Shown here piece by piece: positions 38,927 through 47,806 of a stretch of DNA of 64,000 nt. Position numbers and translations under genes: made by a program. Numbering within the stretch: the stretch's first letter is position 1; every line of letters starts with the position of its first letter. The stretch spans positions 3,488,001-3,552,000 of the forward strand of contig OZ241875.1 in NCBI GenBank assembly GCA_965203325.1, read 5' to 3'. This DNA comes from a bacterium. GTDB taxonomy: Bacteria > UBA8248. The notes below the pieces were generated by a model. The model was not told the origin of the DNA, did no database searches, and saw only the letters and a list, made by a program, of their open reading frames with translations.

Positions 38927-40075
38927 ATGAGCAAGCGTGACTACTACGAAGTGCTGGGTGTAGACCGCAACGCGAGCGACGCCGAGATCAAAAAGGCGTA
39001 TCGCACGCTGGCGATGCAGCATCATCCCGATCGCAACTCCGGCGATGCGAAGGCGGAGGAATTGTTCAAGGAAGCCTCCGAGGCCTACCAGGTGTTGAGC
39101 GAGCCCGAGAAGCGGAGCGCGTATGATCGTTTCGGCCATGACGGGCTTCGGGGAATGGGGCATCAGGGTTTTTCGAGTTTCGACGATATCTTCTCCTCGT
39201 TCGGGGATATTTTCGGCGATCTGTTCGGCGGCGCATTCGCAGGTGGACGCTCCCGCCGCGACGGGCCGCGCCAGGGCCGGGACCTCGCCTATGAACTGGA
39301 GATGACGTTCGAGGAGGCGGCTTCGGGCATCGAGCGTGAAATCGAATTCGAGCGGCCCGTGGAATGCGTCTATTGCGGCGGAAGCGGGGCGAAGTCGCCC
39401 GATGCGATTCGCGAGTGTCCATCGTGCGGCGGCAGCGGGCAGATGTCCTACCGCCAGGGTTTCATGACCTTTTCCACCACCTGTTCGGACTGCGGCGGCA
39501 CGGGAAGGCGAATCACCGAGCACTGCGCGGAATGCGGCGGTACCGGACGCCGCCTGGAGCAGCGGAAGATGAAGGTGAAGATTCCCCCCGGCGTGGACGA
39601 GGGCGCCAGGCTGCGCCTTCGCGAAGAGGGGGAAGGGGGCGCCAAGGGCGGGCCGGCGGGCGATTTGTTCGTCGTCGTCTCCATGCTCGCGCACGAGGAA
39701 TTCGAGCGCAACGGGTCGGACGTGGCGAGCCAGGTATTCGTTTCGTTCTCCCAGGCCGCGCTCGGCGATACGGTGAAGGTGAGGACGCTCTACGGGGAAT
39801 CCGAACTCGAGATACCCAAGGGGGTGCAGTCCTCGGACGTGTTGAGGCTCAAGGGCGAGGGATTCCAGCGCCTGGGGAGGAGAGGGCGCGGCGATCACAT
39901 GTTTCTGGTTCACGTCCGGACGCCGACGAGATTGACGTCGGACGAGGAGAGGCTGTTTGGCGAATTGTCGGAGATCGAACGTGAAAAGGCGGAGAAAAAC
40001 GGGACGGGAGGCGTCGCGGGAAACGGCGCCGGAAAAAAGGGTATTCTCGATAAGTTGAGTTCTCTTTGGGGATAA
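38927..40075 (+). CDS. dnaJ: Chaperone DnaJ (class A)
   Basis: HPD J domain and four CxxCGG(S/T)G zinc-finger repeats. Confidence 0.98.
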   Translation: MSKRDYYEVLGVDRNASDAEIKKAYRTLAMQHHPDRNSGDAKAEELFKEASEAYQVLSEPEKRSAYDRFGHDGLRGMGHQGFSSFDDIFSSFGDIFGDLFGGAFAGGRSRRDGPRQGRDLAYELEMTFEEAASGIEREIEFERPVECVYCGGSGAKSPDAIRECPSCGGSGQMSYRQGFMTFSTTCSDCGGTGRRITEHCAECGGTGRRLEQRKMKVKIPPGVDEGARLRLREEGEGGAKGGPAGDLFVVVSMLAHEEFERNGSDVASQVFVSFSQAALGDTVKVRTLYGESELEIPKGVQSSDVLRLKGEGFQRLGRRGRGDHMFLVHVRTPTRLTSDEERLFGELSEIEREKAEKNGTGGVAGNGAGKKGILDKLSSLWG

Positions 40076-40144
40076 GCGCGCATTCAGGCAAATGAGAAGA
40101 GACGGCGTCCGATAGCCCCGGGGTCGGACGCCGGAGGGCAAGCG

Positions 40145-40678
40145 ATGGAAGAGGAAAACGTAGAAGATAAAGGGTTCAAGATTTCCGACCGGAGATTCTC
40201 CGTAAGGGGATATGAGGATGAAGAATCGCCTGCTTCCGGAGGTGAAGGGCAGTTGCTCTCCCCGGATGCGGCGTATGAAGAGATGAGTCCGCCAACCGGC
40301 GCGTTCGCGCCAGGTCCCGAGGCGATGGAGCCGGAACCGGCTCCACCCCCGGAGGTTCCGCAACCCCAAGCCGAGGAAAGGGAGCAGCCTCCGGCCGAGG
40401 ACGCGGATGCGGATGAGGAGGAAGAAGAGGAAGACAAGAGTTTCGAGATGCTCATCGCCATCGTGCAGCAAAACGCTCTGGCGGCGATGGGCATTCACCC
40501 GCAAACCGGAGAGCGCCTCGGGGCGGCGGACCCGCGAAGTTCCAAAATTTTCGTCGACTTGTTCGCCGCCCTCAAGGAGAAGACGGAAGGCAACCTTACT
40601 CAGGAGGAGGAACATCTTCTGAATCAGGTTCACTCCGATCTGCAAATGATATATGTTCGGGAGGTTGGGTTCGGATAG
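40145..40678 (+). CDS. DUF1844 domain-containing protein
   Basis: GFKISDRR N-terminus, acidic linker, A..AMG..P..D....IFVDL...LKEKTEGNLT.EE..LL..L...Y. Confidence 0.75.
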   Translation: MEEENVEDKGFKISDRRFSVRGYEDEESPASGGEGQLLSPDAAYEEMSPPTGAFAPGPEAMEPEPAPPPEVPQPQAEEREQPPAEDADADEEEEEEDKSFEMLIAIVQQNALAAMGIHPQTGERLGAADPRSSKIFVDLFAALKEKTEGNLTQEEEHLLNQVHSDLQMIYVREVGFG

Positions 40679-40758
40679 GCCCGAAGGATCGGCGAGGCGC
40701 CGATTCGATGCGCGTCATCCCCAACAGTCCTTTTTGTTTACCTCATGCGGGAGATTAC

Positions 40759-41034
40759 ATGACCGTGTCCACGTCTTATGACGAGATGTTCGAAGAAGCG
40801 CTCGGTGTCGTCAAGAATCGTTTCCTCCTTTCGGTACTGCTCGCCAAGCGGGTGGCCCAGCTCAGGCGGGGTGCGGAGCCTCTGGTTCCCTCGCAGTCCA
40901 ACGAGACGCCCGAGGAGATCGTGTTCCGCGAGATTATCGAGGAAAAACTGGAGTGGCGAAAGACCGCGTCGGCCCTGGATTTGACCGATGTTGACCAGGG
41001 ATTCATGGATGTCGGGTTCGACGACGAGGCGTAG
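40759..41034 (+). CDS. rpoZ: RNA polymerase omega subunit
   Basis: V.NRFLLSVLLAKRV.QL..GA.PLV..A/V.REI; ATG 40759 after GGGAG. Confidence 0.85.
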   Translation: MTVSTSYDEMFEEALGVVKNRFLLSVLLAKRVAQLRRGAEPLVPSQSNETPEEIVFREIIEEKLEWRKTASALDLTDVDQGFMDVGFDDEA

Positions 41035-41056
41035 CCTCGCCTGAAAGCGCACGCTG

Positions 41057-41088
41057 GCCGCTGCCCGGTCCGCCGGGCGGCGGTTTTT
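41057..41088 (+). terminator. Rho-independent terminator after rpoZ
   Basis: GCCGCTGCCCGG-TCCG-CCGGGCGGCGGT followed by T run. Confidence 0.7.
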
Positions 41089-41194
41089 GTTGGGAATCAA
41101 ATCTTTCGGTTGACGACTCCTTTTCGCCCGTCAGTTCGTCCCTCTTTCTTCAAAACCGATTCTTCCTGCCCGGGTTTTCCCGCTCTCGCCTTGA

Positions 41195-41468
41195 GGGGTT
41201 GTTGAAGAAGCTCTCACATCTCTCTCATCCTGAAAACCAACCCCCCCTACCCCCCCTTAACAGGGGGGTAAAAAAAGAAAGCCCCCTTGTCAGGGGGTAT
41301 GAAATGGCGATGCCCGCCACCGATAGAGGGGGGTTTTGATTTTTCTTGCCCCCCTGTCAAGGGGGGGTAGGGGGGGTTGCCTTTATCCTCTGACATGGGG
41401 GGTTGGGGGTCGAACGCGACCGGAGAGAGAGTGTTCGCTCCCTTGACAAAGGCTTTCTCAACAACCCC
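41195..41468. mobile_element. MITE-like element E5 (CCCCCCTACCCCCCTT cargo; chimeric with E1)
   Basis: Ends GGGGTTGTTGAAGAAG (41195-41210) and CTTTCTCAACAACCCC (41453-41468); core aligns with E3; CTCACATCTCTCTCATCCTGA matches the reverse complement of the E1 right arm. Confidence 0.8.
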
Positions 41469-41489
41469 CTCAAGGGGAAGTGAATTACA

Positions 41490-42653
41490 TCATTCCCTTT
41501 CTTGCCGCTCCCTCAGGAACGCCCCCACTCTTTCGAGGCCGGCCTCGATGTTTTCGACCGAGTTGCAGTAGGAAAACCGCAGGAACCCCTCTCCACCCGG
41601 CCCGAAATCTGCTCCCGGCGCCACGGCCACGCCGGTGGCTTCGAGAATTTCTTTTGCCAGTTCCAGGCTGTCCGCCCCGTACGCGCGCGCATCGGCGAAG
41701 GCGTAGAACGCGCCCGTCGGCTCGTGAAGCATTTTGAGGCCGATGTCCTCCAGGCGCGCGAGCATGATCTTGCGCCTTTCGTCATAAATCCCGCGCATGC
41801 GCTCCGCCTCGGGCACGCCGTCCTTGAGAGCGGCGACCGCCGCGTGCTGGACGAAGGAATTGGGCGAGACGAAATAGTTTTGCTGCAGTATCTCCAGCGG
41901 GCGGACGTATTCGGGGGGCACGATGAGATAGCCGACCCGCCAGCCCGTCATGGCGAAATACTTCGAGAAACCGTTGATGACGAAACAATCCTCCGTGAAG
42001 TGGAGCGCCGTGTATTCCGCGTCCTCGTAGCTGAGTCCGTGATAAATCTCGTCCGAGACGATGGGAACTCCCAACTCGGCGAGCGCCGCCATATCCCCTC
42101 GCGAGAGCGATGCGCCCGTGGGATTGGAAGGCGAGTTGATGAGGATGGCCCTGGTGTTCTCGGTGATGTGCTCACGGACGGCCTCGGCCTTGAGCGCGAA
42201 GCCGTGCTCCGCATGGGTGGGGACCCGCACGGGCCTCCCGCAGGCGGAGAGGATGAAAGCCGGGTAGCAGGCGTAGTGGGGATCTGAAATGACGATCTCA
42301 TCGCCCGCATCCACGAGAACGGAGAAGAGCATCAGCAGACCCGGGCTCGTGCCGTTCGTCACCACCACGCGCCCGGGCGATACGGATACGCCATATTTGT
42401 GGTTGTAATATTCCGCGATCGCCTCGCGCAGCTCGGGAATTCCCAATGCCGCCGTGTAGTGGGTGTGGCCGGCGCGCAGGGCGTCCTCGGCGGCACGGGT
42501 GATGACCCCGGGCGTATCGAAATCGGGCTCTCCCACTTCCAGGTGGATAACATCGCGGCCCTGGGCCTCCAGTTGATGGGCGCGCTCCATGATGTCCATC
42601 ACCAGGAAGGGCTTGATGCCCGAGATGCGCGCCGGGATGGAAAATTCCTTCAT
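41490..42653 (-). CDS. PLP-dependent aminotransferase class I/II (AspB-like)
   Basis: LEVGEPDF, NSPSNPTG, SDEIY, GFSKYFAMTGWRVG, GAFY, FLRFSY; likely ATG 42653. Confidence 0.93.
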   Translation of the reverse strand: MKEFSIPARISGIKPFLVMDIMERAHQLEAQGRDVIHLEVGEPDFDTPGVITRAAEDALRAGHTHYTAALGIPELREAIAEYYNHKYGVSVSPGRVVVTNGTSPGLLMLFSVLVDAGDEIVISDPHYACYPAFILSACGRPVRVPTHAEHGFALKAEAVREHITENTRAILINSPSNPTGASLSRGDMAALAELGVPIVSDEIYHGLSYEDAEYTALHFTEDCFVINGFSKYFAMTGWRVGYLIVPPEYVRPLEILQQNYFVSPNSFVQHAAVAALKDGVPEAERMRGIYDERRKIMLARLEDIGLKMLHEPTGAFYAFADARAYGADSLELAKEILEATGVAVAPGADFGPGGEGFLRFSYCNSVENIEAGLERVGAFLRERQERE

Positions 42654-42854
42654 GTTTTTTGACCTTTTATGTTTCCAGTTGTTTTTTAAGTGGTTGCTCA
42701 CCTGCAAGGCTAGTGGTAAAGTGCATTGAACTCAAGACGTTACACGGATTGATGAACTTTGAATAGGGAATCAGAGAATTTTCCACTCCGGTCTTGTTCC
42801 CTGTACGAGGACGGGGTTGCGCACAAATATGGTGGGTAAGAAGGAGGGAGTCCT

Positions 42855-43148
42855 TTGACGAAAATCGACATCATCAACCTCGTGTCGGACGATACGGGTC
42901 TCAGCAAAGTGAAGTCGGAAGAAGCGGTAGAGACGATCATCCAGACCATCAAGGAATCCCTCCAGAACGGCGAGTCGGTTATTCTAAGGCGCTTCGGTTC
43001 TTTCCAGGTGAGAACAAAGAACCCCCGCGTGGGGCGCAACCCCAAGACGGGTCAGGAAGCGCCCATCAGCGCGCGCCGCGTCGTGCGCTTCAAGGCGGGC
43101 AAGCACTTCAAGGATGCGGTGAACGGCGCCGACGTGAAATTCCATTGA
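42855..43148 (+). CDS. HU/IHF family nucleoid DNA-binding protein
   Basis: MTK.D, FGSF.V..K..RVGRNPKTG...ISARRVVRFKAG; strong RBS before TTG. Confidence 0.95.
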   Translation: MTKIDIINLVSDDTGLSKVKSEEAVETIIQTIKESLQNGESVILRRFGSFQVRTKNPRVGRNPKTGQEAPISARRVVRFKAGKHFKDAVNGADVKFH

Positions 43149-43169
43149 GCTGGTGGTTCTCCCGGCCCC

Positions 43170-44210
43170 CTAGCTTATCAGCATGGCGTCCCCGTAGCTG
43201 TAGAACCGGTATCTCTCATCAATCGCCTCCGCGTATGCGCCCAGGATTTTCTCCCTGCCCGCGAACGCCGCCACGAGCATGAGCAGGGTCGAGCGCGGCA
43301 GGTGGAAATTCGTCAGCATCATGTCCACCAGGTGAAACCGAAAGCCCGGCCGGATGAACAGTCGAGTGCTGAACTCCCCCGCCTGTAGCGTCCGGCCTCG
43401 GGCGGCCGCCTCGATATGTGCGGATTCCAGCGCCCGGACCACCGTCGTGCCCACGGCCAGGATGCGGCCGCTGGCCGATTTGGTCTCATGGATCGAGGCG
43501 ACGACATCTTCGGTGAGAATATAGCTTTCCGCCTCCATCTCGTGTTCTTCGATGTTTTCCGCCTGAACGGGCCGGAACGTCCCGGCGCCCACGTGGAGGG
43601 TGAGCCTCGCGATGCGCGCACCTGCGGCCGAGACCTCTTCGAGCAGCGTTTCGCTCAGGTGGAGGCCCGCCGTGGGCGCGGCGACCGCGCCGGGGTTTCG
43701 GGCGAAGACGGTCTGGTAGCGCTCCTTGTCGACCGCCTCGGCGCTTCTTTCCAGATAGGGCGGGATCGGCATTTCTCCGAAAGATTCCAGCCACTCGATA
43801 AGATCATCCGGGGAGGAGAATTCGATCTCTCTCTTCAGACCCTGCGCCCCGAGCGTGGCGCGGTGCGCCTCGTCGAAGACGATGGTTTCGCCCTCGGGCA
43901 GCGGGCGGTTGGCGCGCGCCATGGCGCGGAATTTTCCGGGCGAAAGCTGCTTGAGCAGCAAGACCTCGACCCGGCCGCCGCTCTCCCGCCTGCCGTGAAT
44001 CCGCCACGGGTTCACCTTCGTGTCGTTGATGACGACCAGATCCCCCGGACGCAAATGACGCGGCAGGTCGGTGACCTGAAGATGCGCGAGCCCCTCGCCC
44101 TCCCTGGGCAGGTGGAGCAGCCTCGCGTCTTCTCGTTTCGGCGGCGGGTAGCGGGCGATGAGGTTTTTGGGCAGGTGATAGTCGAAGTCGTCTAGTTTCA
44201 TGCGTTTCAC
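43170..44210 (-). CDS. queA: S-adenosylmethionine:tRNA ribosyltransferase-isomerase
   Basis: FDYHLP..LIA, NDTKV, PPY, YQTVFA, AAPTAGLH, LHVGAGTF, TNFHLPRSTL, YRFYSYGDAM. Confidence 0.98.
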   Translation of the reverse strand: MKRMKLDDFDYHLPKNLIARYPPPKREDARLLHLPREGEGLAHLQVTDLPRHLRPGDLVVINDTKVNPWRIHGRRESGGRVEVLLLKQLSPGKFRAMARANRPLPEGETIVFDEAHRATLGAQGLKREIEFSSPDDLIEWLESFGEMPIPPYLERSAEAVDKERYQTVFARNPGAVAAPTAGLHLSETLLEEVSAAGARIARLTLHVGAGTFRPVQAENIEEHEMEAESYILTEDVVASIHETKSASGRILAVGTTVVRALESAHIEAAARGRTLQAGEFSTRLFIRPGFRFHLVDMMLTNFHLPRSTLLMLVAAFAGREKILGAYAEAIDERYRFYSYGDAMLIS

Positions 44211-44245
44211 GCTCTATCCGGTTCCCTTCGGGACGACGCCCGAAG

Positions 44246-45079
44246 TCAGTCTTCGTCCGCTTCACCCGGGCGGGACGAGACGGCGGCCTCATCCGGCCCG
44301 TCTTTTTCTCCCGGATGAAGGAGTTTCCAGATCGCCTGCCGCAGCACGCCGCGCATCACCCGGACCTCCCTCTCGTCCGGCCCCAGCCTGTCGAGCATCT
44401 TTCTGAAAGTCCGGGCCACGCGGTCCGGGTCGTTGTGGGGGACGAAGCCTATCTGCTCCATGGATTCGAGGAGGTGATCCACGAGTCCCTCGATTTCCTC
44501 GCGCGATGCGGGCTCGCCCTCATTCGCGCGCTCGCGCTTCGCATCGCCGACTCCGGGCCGGGCGTTCGGCTGGTTCCGGCAGAACAACTCCCACAAGACG
44601 ATCAGCACGGCCTGGGAGAGGTTGAACGACTCACCGTCGGGCAGCGCGGGGATGAGGAGCCTCTCCTGGCACAGGCTCAACTCCTCGGTGAACAGGCCCT
44701 TGTCCTCCTGCCCGAACACCAGGCCGACCTTCACCCCCGATGCGCGCGCGAGCAGATCGCCCGCATCCTCTCTCGGGCGCATGGTGGGCTGCCGTTTCCT
44801 GCCGAGGCGCCTCGACGTCCCCACCAGCCAGCCGCAATCGTGGGAGGCCTCGCGAAGACTCGCGAAATGCTTCGCGCCGAGCAGTAAGGGCTGCGCGTTC
44901 ATGGCCATCGAGCGCGCCTCCACGCTCTTGACGTCGCACCGGGGCGAGACGAGGCGCAAGTCCGACAGGCCGAAGTGCGACATGACGCGCGCGACCGCGC
45001 CCACGTTCCCGGCGCCCCTCGGGCGCACGAGGATGACGGCGAAATCGGCGTTTTCTTCCAAGGAAACGGGTTCGTCCAT
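44246..45079 (-). CDS. trmJ: TrmJ/LasT family tRNA 2'-O-methyltransferase
   Basis: GNVGAVAR.M..FGL, VGTS.R, LVFGQEDKGL..EEL, SFNLSQAV. Confidence 0.88.
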   Translation of the reverse strand: MDEPVSLEENADFAVILVRPRGAGNVGAVARVMSHFGLSDLRLVSPRCDVKSVEARSMAMNAQPLLLGAKHFASLREASHDCGWLVGTSRRLGRKRQPTMRPREDAGDLLARASGVKVGLVFGQEDKGLFTEELSLCQERLLIPALPDGESFNLSQAVLIVLWELFCRNQPNARPGVGDAKRERANEGEPASREEIEGLVDHLLESMEQIGFVPHNDPDRVARTFRKMLDRLGPDEREVRVMRGVLRQAIWKLLHPGEKDGPDEAAVSSRPGEADED

Positions 45080-45270
45080 GAAGCGAAATCACCATGTTGG
45101 AAAATCTGGAATTTACGGCTCACCTGCGCCGGGTGCAGCTTTCGTCCATGCTCCCGGCGCAGGCCATGCCCTTTCCTCCTCATAGCACGAAGCGGCCCGG
45201 CCTGTCATAAACGAATCGGGTGTGAACGCCGGATTTCGGGAGAATTTGCGATAGTGTCCCAGTTTGAAAA

Positions 45271-45540
45271 TCAGTCTAAATATCCGTCGGTTTCCAGGCT
45301 TTTTAATATCCTTCGAAGCAACAATTTTCCTTCCGGGTCCTTCAGTGCAATAATTCGAAGTATATTCTCAACACGAGATTCAAAAGTGCCACTAGGATTT
45401 TCGGGAAGAGTGGATTTTTTTAGAGCGAAACACAGTGAAAGCTTTTCCTGATCATGCTCTAAATAGCCCCCAACAATAGAGCAAAGGCCCAACATACAAG
45501 AGAATATATCTTTCCGGAAATCAGGAGGCTCTTCACTCAT
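45271..45540 (-). CDS. Hypothetical protein (89 aa), AT-rich islet
   Basis: ATG 45540 overlaps the end of the upstream ORF; no family recognised. Confidence 0.5.
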   Translation of the reverse strand: MSEEPPDFRKDIFSCMLGLCSIVGGYLEHDQEKLSLCFALKKSTLPENPSGTFESRVENILRIIALKDPEGKLLLRRILKSLETDGYLD

Positions 45541-45865
45541 TTTCTTCTTCCTTTTTGGGTTGAGGGGTCGTCTCGTCACGGACCCTAGCGTTGAATGCAG
45601 ACCATTTTCTATAATCAAGAGCCTGTTCTTTTGATTCAGTTTGGAATTTAATCATTTCCTCCATGTCCTTCGCTTCCATGAGAAGGCCGGAAGCAAAATT
45701 GCGGTACATTTCAGGCGCTAATTCAGGTTCAGTATCTAATAGTTGAGCCATAATTCCCTCGATCTTTTTGGGCTCAAATGATTGAACCATAAGACAACTT
45801 AAAAGCACCCTATGAATTTCAATCCGACCTTTCAATTCTTCTAATATACGAGTTGATGTTTTCAT
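45533..45865 (-). CDS. Hypothetical protein (110 aa), AT-rich islet
   Basis: AAGGAAG RBS-like sequence before ATG; no family recognised. Confidence 0.55.
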   Translation of the reverse strand: MKTSTRILEELKGRIEIHRVLLSCLMVQSFEPKKIEGIMAQLLDTEPELAPEMYRNFASGLLMEAKDMEEMIKFQTESKEQALDYRKWSAFNARVRDETTPQPKKEEENE

Positions 45866-45892
45866 TATTCTTCCTTTTTCAGGTATTTTTAG

Positions 45893-46054
45893 TCACACCC
45901 CGCGGATAATCGGTTTCCCCTCTTTCGATTCCTTGACTAGGGTTTCATAATATTTCCGTATTGCGAGCCTTTTGCGGTATTCTTGAAATCGCGTGTGAAG
46001 CCATGGGGAAATCACAATCAATGCCCCGATGATAGTGGAAATATACCGATCCAT
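45893..46054 (-). CDS. Small hypothetical protein (53 aa) with hydrophobic N-terminus and basic tail
   Basis: GGAGA RBS before ATG 46054; MDRYISTIIGALIVISPWL..RKRLAIRK. Confidence 0.5.
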   Translation of the reverse strand: MDRYISTIIGALIVISPWLHTRFQEYRKRLAIRKYYETLVKESKEGKPIIRGV

Positions 46055-46067
46055 TTTTAGGTTCTCC

Positions 46068-46238
46068 CTATAGGGCGGAAGAAATAGCACACAAAATTTC
46101 CAATAGTTCATTTTCCTTTTCTTTCAATTCCTGTCTTGCAATAAGCGCATCGAAAGCTCCGGTGATCATCGCAATGATTAACTTTTCCTCTCTGCTACTT
46201 TCGGCAATGCTCGTCAATACTCGCTCGCGCAAATCCAT
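46068..46238 (-). CDS. Small hypothetical protein (56 aa), not in the ORF track
   Basis: AGGAGG RBS before ATG 46238; MDLRERVLTSIAESSREEKLIIAMITGAFDALIARQELKEKENELLEILCAISSAL. Confidence 0.5.
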   Translation of the reverse strand: MDLRERVLTSIAESSREEKLIIAMITGAFDALIARQELKEKENELLEILCAISSAL

Positions 46239-46386
46239 TTCTCACCCTCCTGTGGGGACGGACAAATCCCCACAAGAAGAGGATTGACAAACTTGGAAAT
46301 TTTCGAAGGGAGTTGCCTAGACTCTCTTTCTAAAGGAGACCGATGTTGTGCCCACCCCCATTCGGGGGACTTCATTCATCTCTGAA

Positions 46387-46395
46387 ATTATATCA
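46387..46395 (-). promoter_or_regulatory. Extended -10 promoter for the AT-rich mini-operon
   Basis: Minus strand TG-A-TATAAT about 150 bp upstream of ATG 46238. Confidence 0.55.
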
Positions 46396-46480
46396 CAATA
46401 CTTCTCATCAATACCCTCCCTTTGGGCAGAACTGACACACTACCGAATCAGCGGTTGCGAATGAATATCCTGCGCTTTTG

Positions 46481-46647
46481 GGAGTTGTTGAAAACCTGGA
46501 GAGGAAAAATTTGTTTGTGTAGGGGTCGCATATATGCGACCCTAATTTTTTCACCCACTAAAAGGGCCGCATGTATGCGGCCCCTACAAAAACCACCCTT
46601 CCTCGGTCGCGTAAAACCCTCGTTCATCAGGGTTTTTCCAAAAACCC
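46481..46647. mobile_element. MITE-like element E6 (inverted homologue of E2) with GTAG-REP doublet
   Basis: Ends GGAGTTGTTGAAAACC and GTTTTTCCAAAAACCC; REP doublet 46519-46587; colinear with the reverse complement of 1981-2150. Confidence 0.8.
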
Positions 46648-46721
46648 TCTGGCCGAAGGATTCGCGCCTGGTCCCTTCGGGCGGTGTCATCCGCCTCGTT
46701 TTGGCGTAATATGGACGCGCT

Positions 46722-47114
46722 ATGAGTTCCGACATCACGCGAACATTCGAACGCGGGAACCTCCACGAGTTGGCCGAATTTCTCGTGACGCCCGCCCGCT
46801 CGGGCATATTCCTGACGAGAAGCCGCATCCGCGCTCTTGCGGGGGAGATGGGCCTGCGCGCGGGGGTTCAGAACCGCGCCAGGATGCTGGAGAACCTGTT
46901 TCGCGAGGCGGGTTCGGACGGCCGGGTCCAGGAACTGCTCGGGCGCATCGACGGGGTGGCGGAGGAGAACCTCGCCCGGTACCGCGCCTGGTCGAAGGCG
47001 TGCCCGCCGTCCAGGGCCGCGTGGAGCGGCTGGACGAAGAAGACGCGAGAACTCAGACGCCACCTAAAACAGGCCCAGAAGTGGGCACGCAGCATGCAAG
47101 AGGAAGTTTCATAA
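46722..47114 (+). CDS. Hypothetical protein (130 aa, helical)
   Basis: Only plausible ORF filling the gap; host-like GC3; no family recognised. Confidence 0.6.
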   Translation: MSSDITRTFERGNLHELAEFLVTPARSGIFLTRSRIRALAGEMGLRAGVQNRARMLENLFREAGSDGRVQELLGRIDGVAEENLARYRAWSKACPPSRAAWSGWTKKTRELRRHLKQAQKWARSMQEEVS

Positions 47115-47167
47115 GTCCGGCGGCTCAGGCGCGAAACCCGCGTGGCTCGAACCGACGCCCTCCCTCA

Positions 47168-47806
47168 TTAAAGTATCCCGGCGATGTATTTTCTGTCCGA
47201 GAAGGCGAATTCGCGTATCCATCCGGCGAGTGCGCGGTAGAGGTGCGTTTCCGCGTCCTCTTCCATGCTCGACGTGTAGACGGGCATCCAGCGCATGAGG
47301 TGCTCATCCATGAAGCGCGCGCTCAATGAGAGTTTCTCCCGCGCGAGGTCGGCGTCTCCCTCCTCCCAGGCGTCCGCCTCTTCCGTAGCGAGCCGGGCCA
47401 GGAATTCGAGCTCTACGCTCAGGTGGTCCATCGCCAGCACGCTGGGGTGGGCGAGGCCCGCGCTGCCCCGTCCGGGGTTGTAGCCGCACGCCCGGTAGAA
47501 ATCGGCGACCGCATCCGTCCGCTTCGAGTTCAGGTGCCCGCTTTCATCCGTCAGGGCGGCTTCATAGGGCGGGGAGGAGAGCACGAACAGGTTCGTGAAG
47601 TCGACCCGGAGTTTCTGGAGGGCCTCCTCGGTGGCCTCGAATCCCTCGGGGAGGAGGAACGGGTAGTTTTCGCGCAGGAACCCGGCGAGTTCCTTATCGA
47701 GCGGGTCGAGCATAGCCCGTGCCTGCACCCGGTAGAGTTGGGCGCGGAGCCTCGCCTGCTCGGCGTATTCAGCGTGTGAGGCGCGGCGCTTCCAGCGGAG
47801 GCTCAT
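47168..47806 (-). CDS. TorD/DmsD family redox enzyme maturation chaperone
   Basis: DFTNLF...PPYE, V..FY...G, DHLSVELEFL, F.DEHL.RW.P; ATGA overlap with the catalytic subunit stop. Confidence 0.9.
   Translation of the reverse strand: MSLRWKRRASHAEYAEQARLRAQLYRVQARAMLDPLDKELAGFLRENYPFLLPEGFEATEEALQKLRVDFTNLFVLSSPPYEAALTDESGHLNSKRTDAVADFYRACGYNPGRGSAGLAHPSVLAMDHLSVELEFLARLATEEADAWEEGDADLAREKLSLSARFMDEHLMRWMPVYTSSMEEDAETHLYRALAGWIREFAFSDRKYIAGIL

Noticed and set aside
46422..46709. Short ORFs over the repeat elements (also 1955-2206, 9491-9703, 33541-33807, 41377-41571)
   Set aside because: Their shared peptides (CRGRIYA, FFNNP) are translations of the repeats; no transposase motifs.
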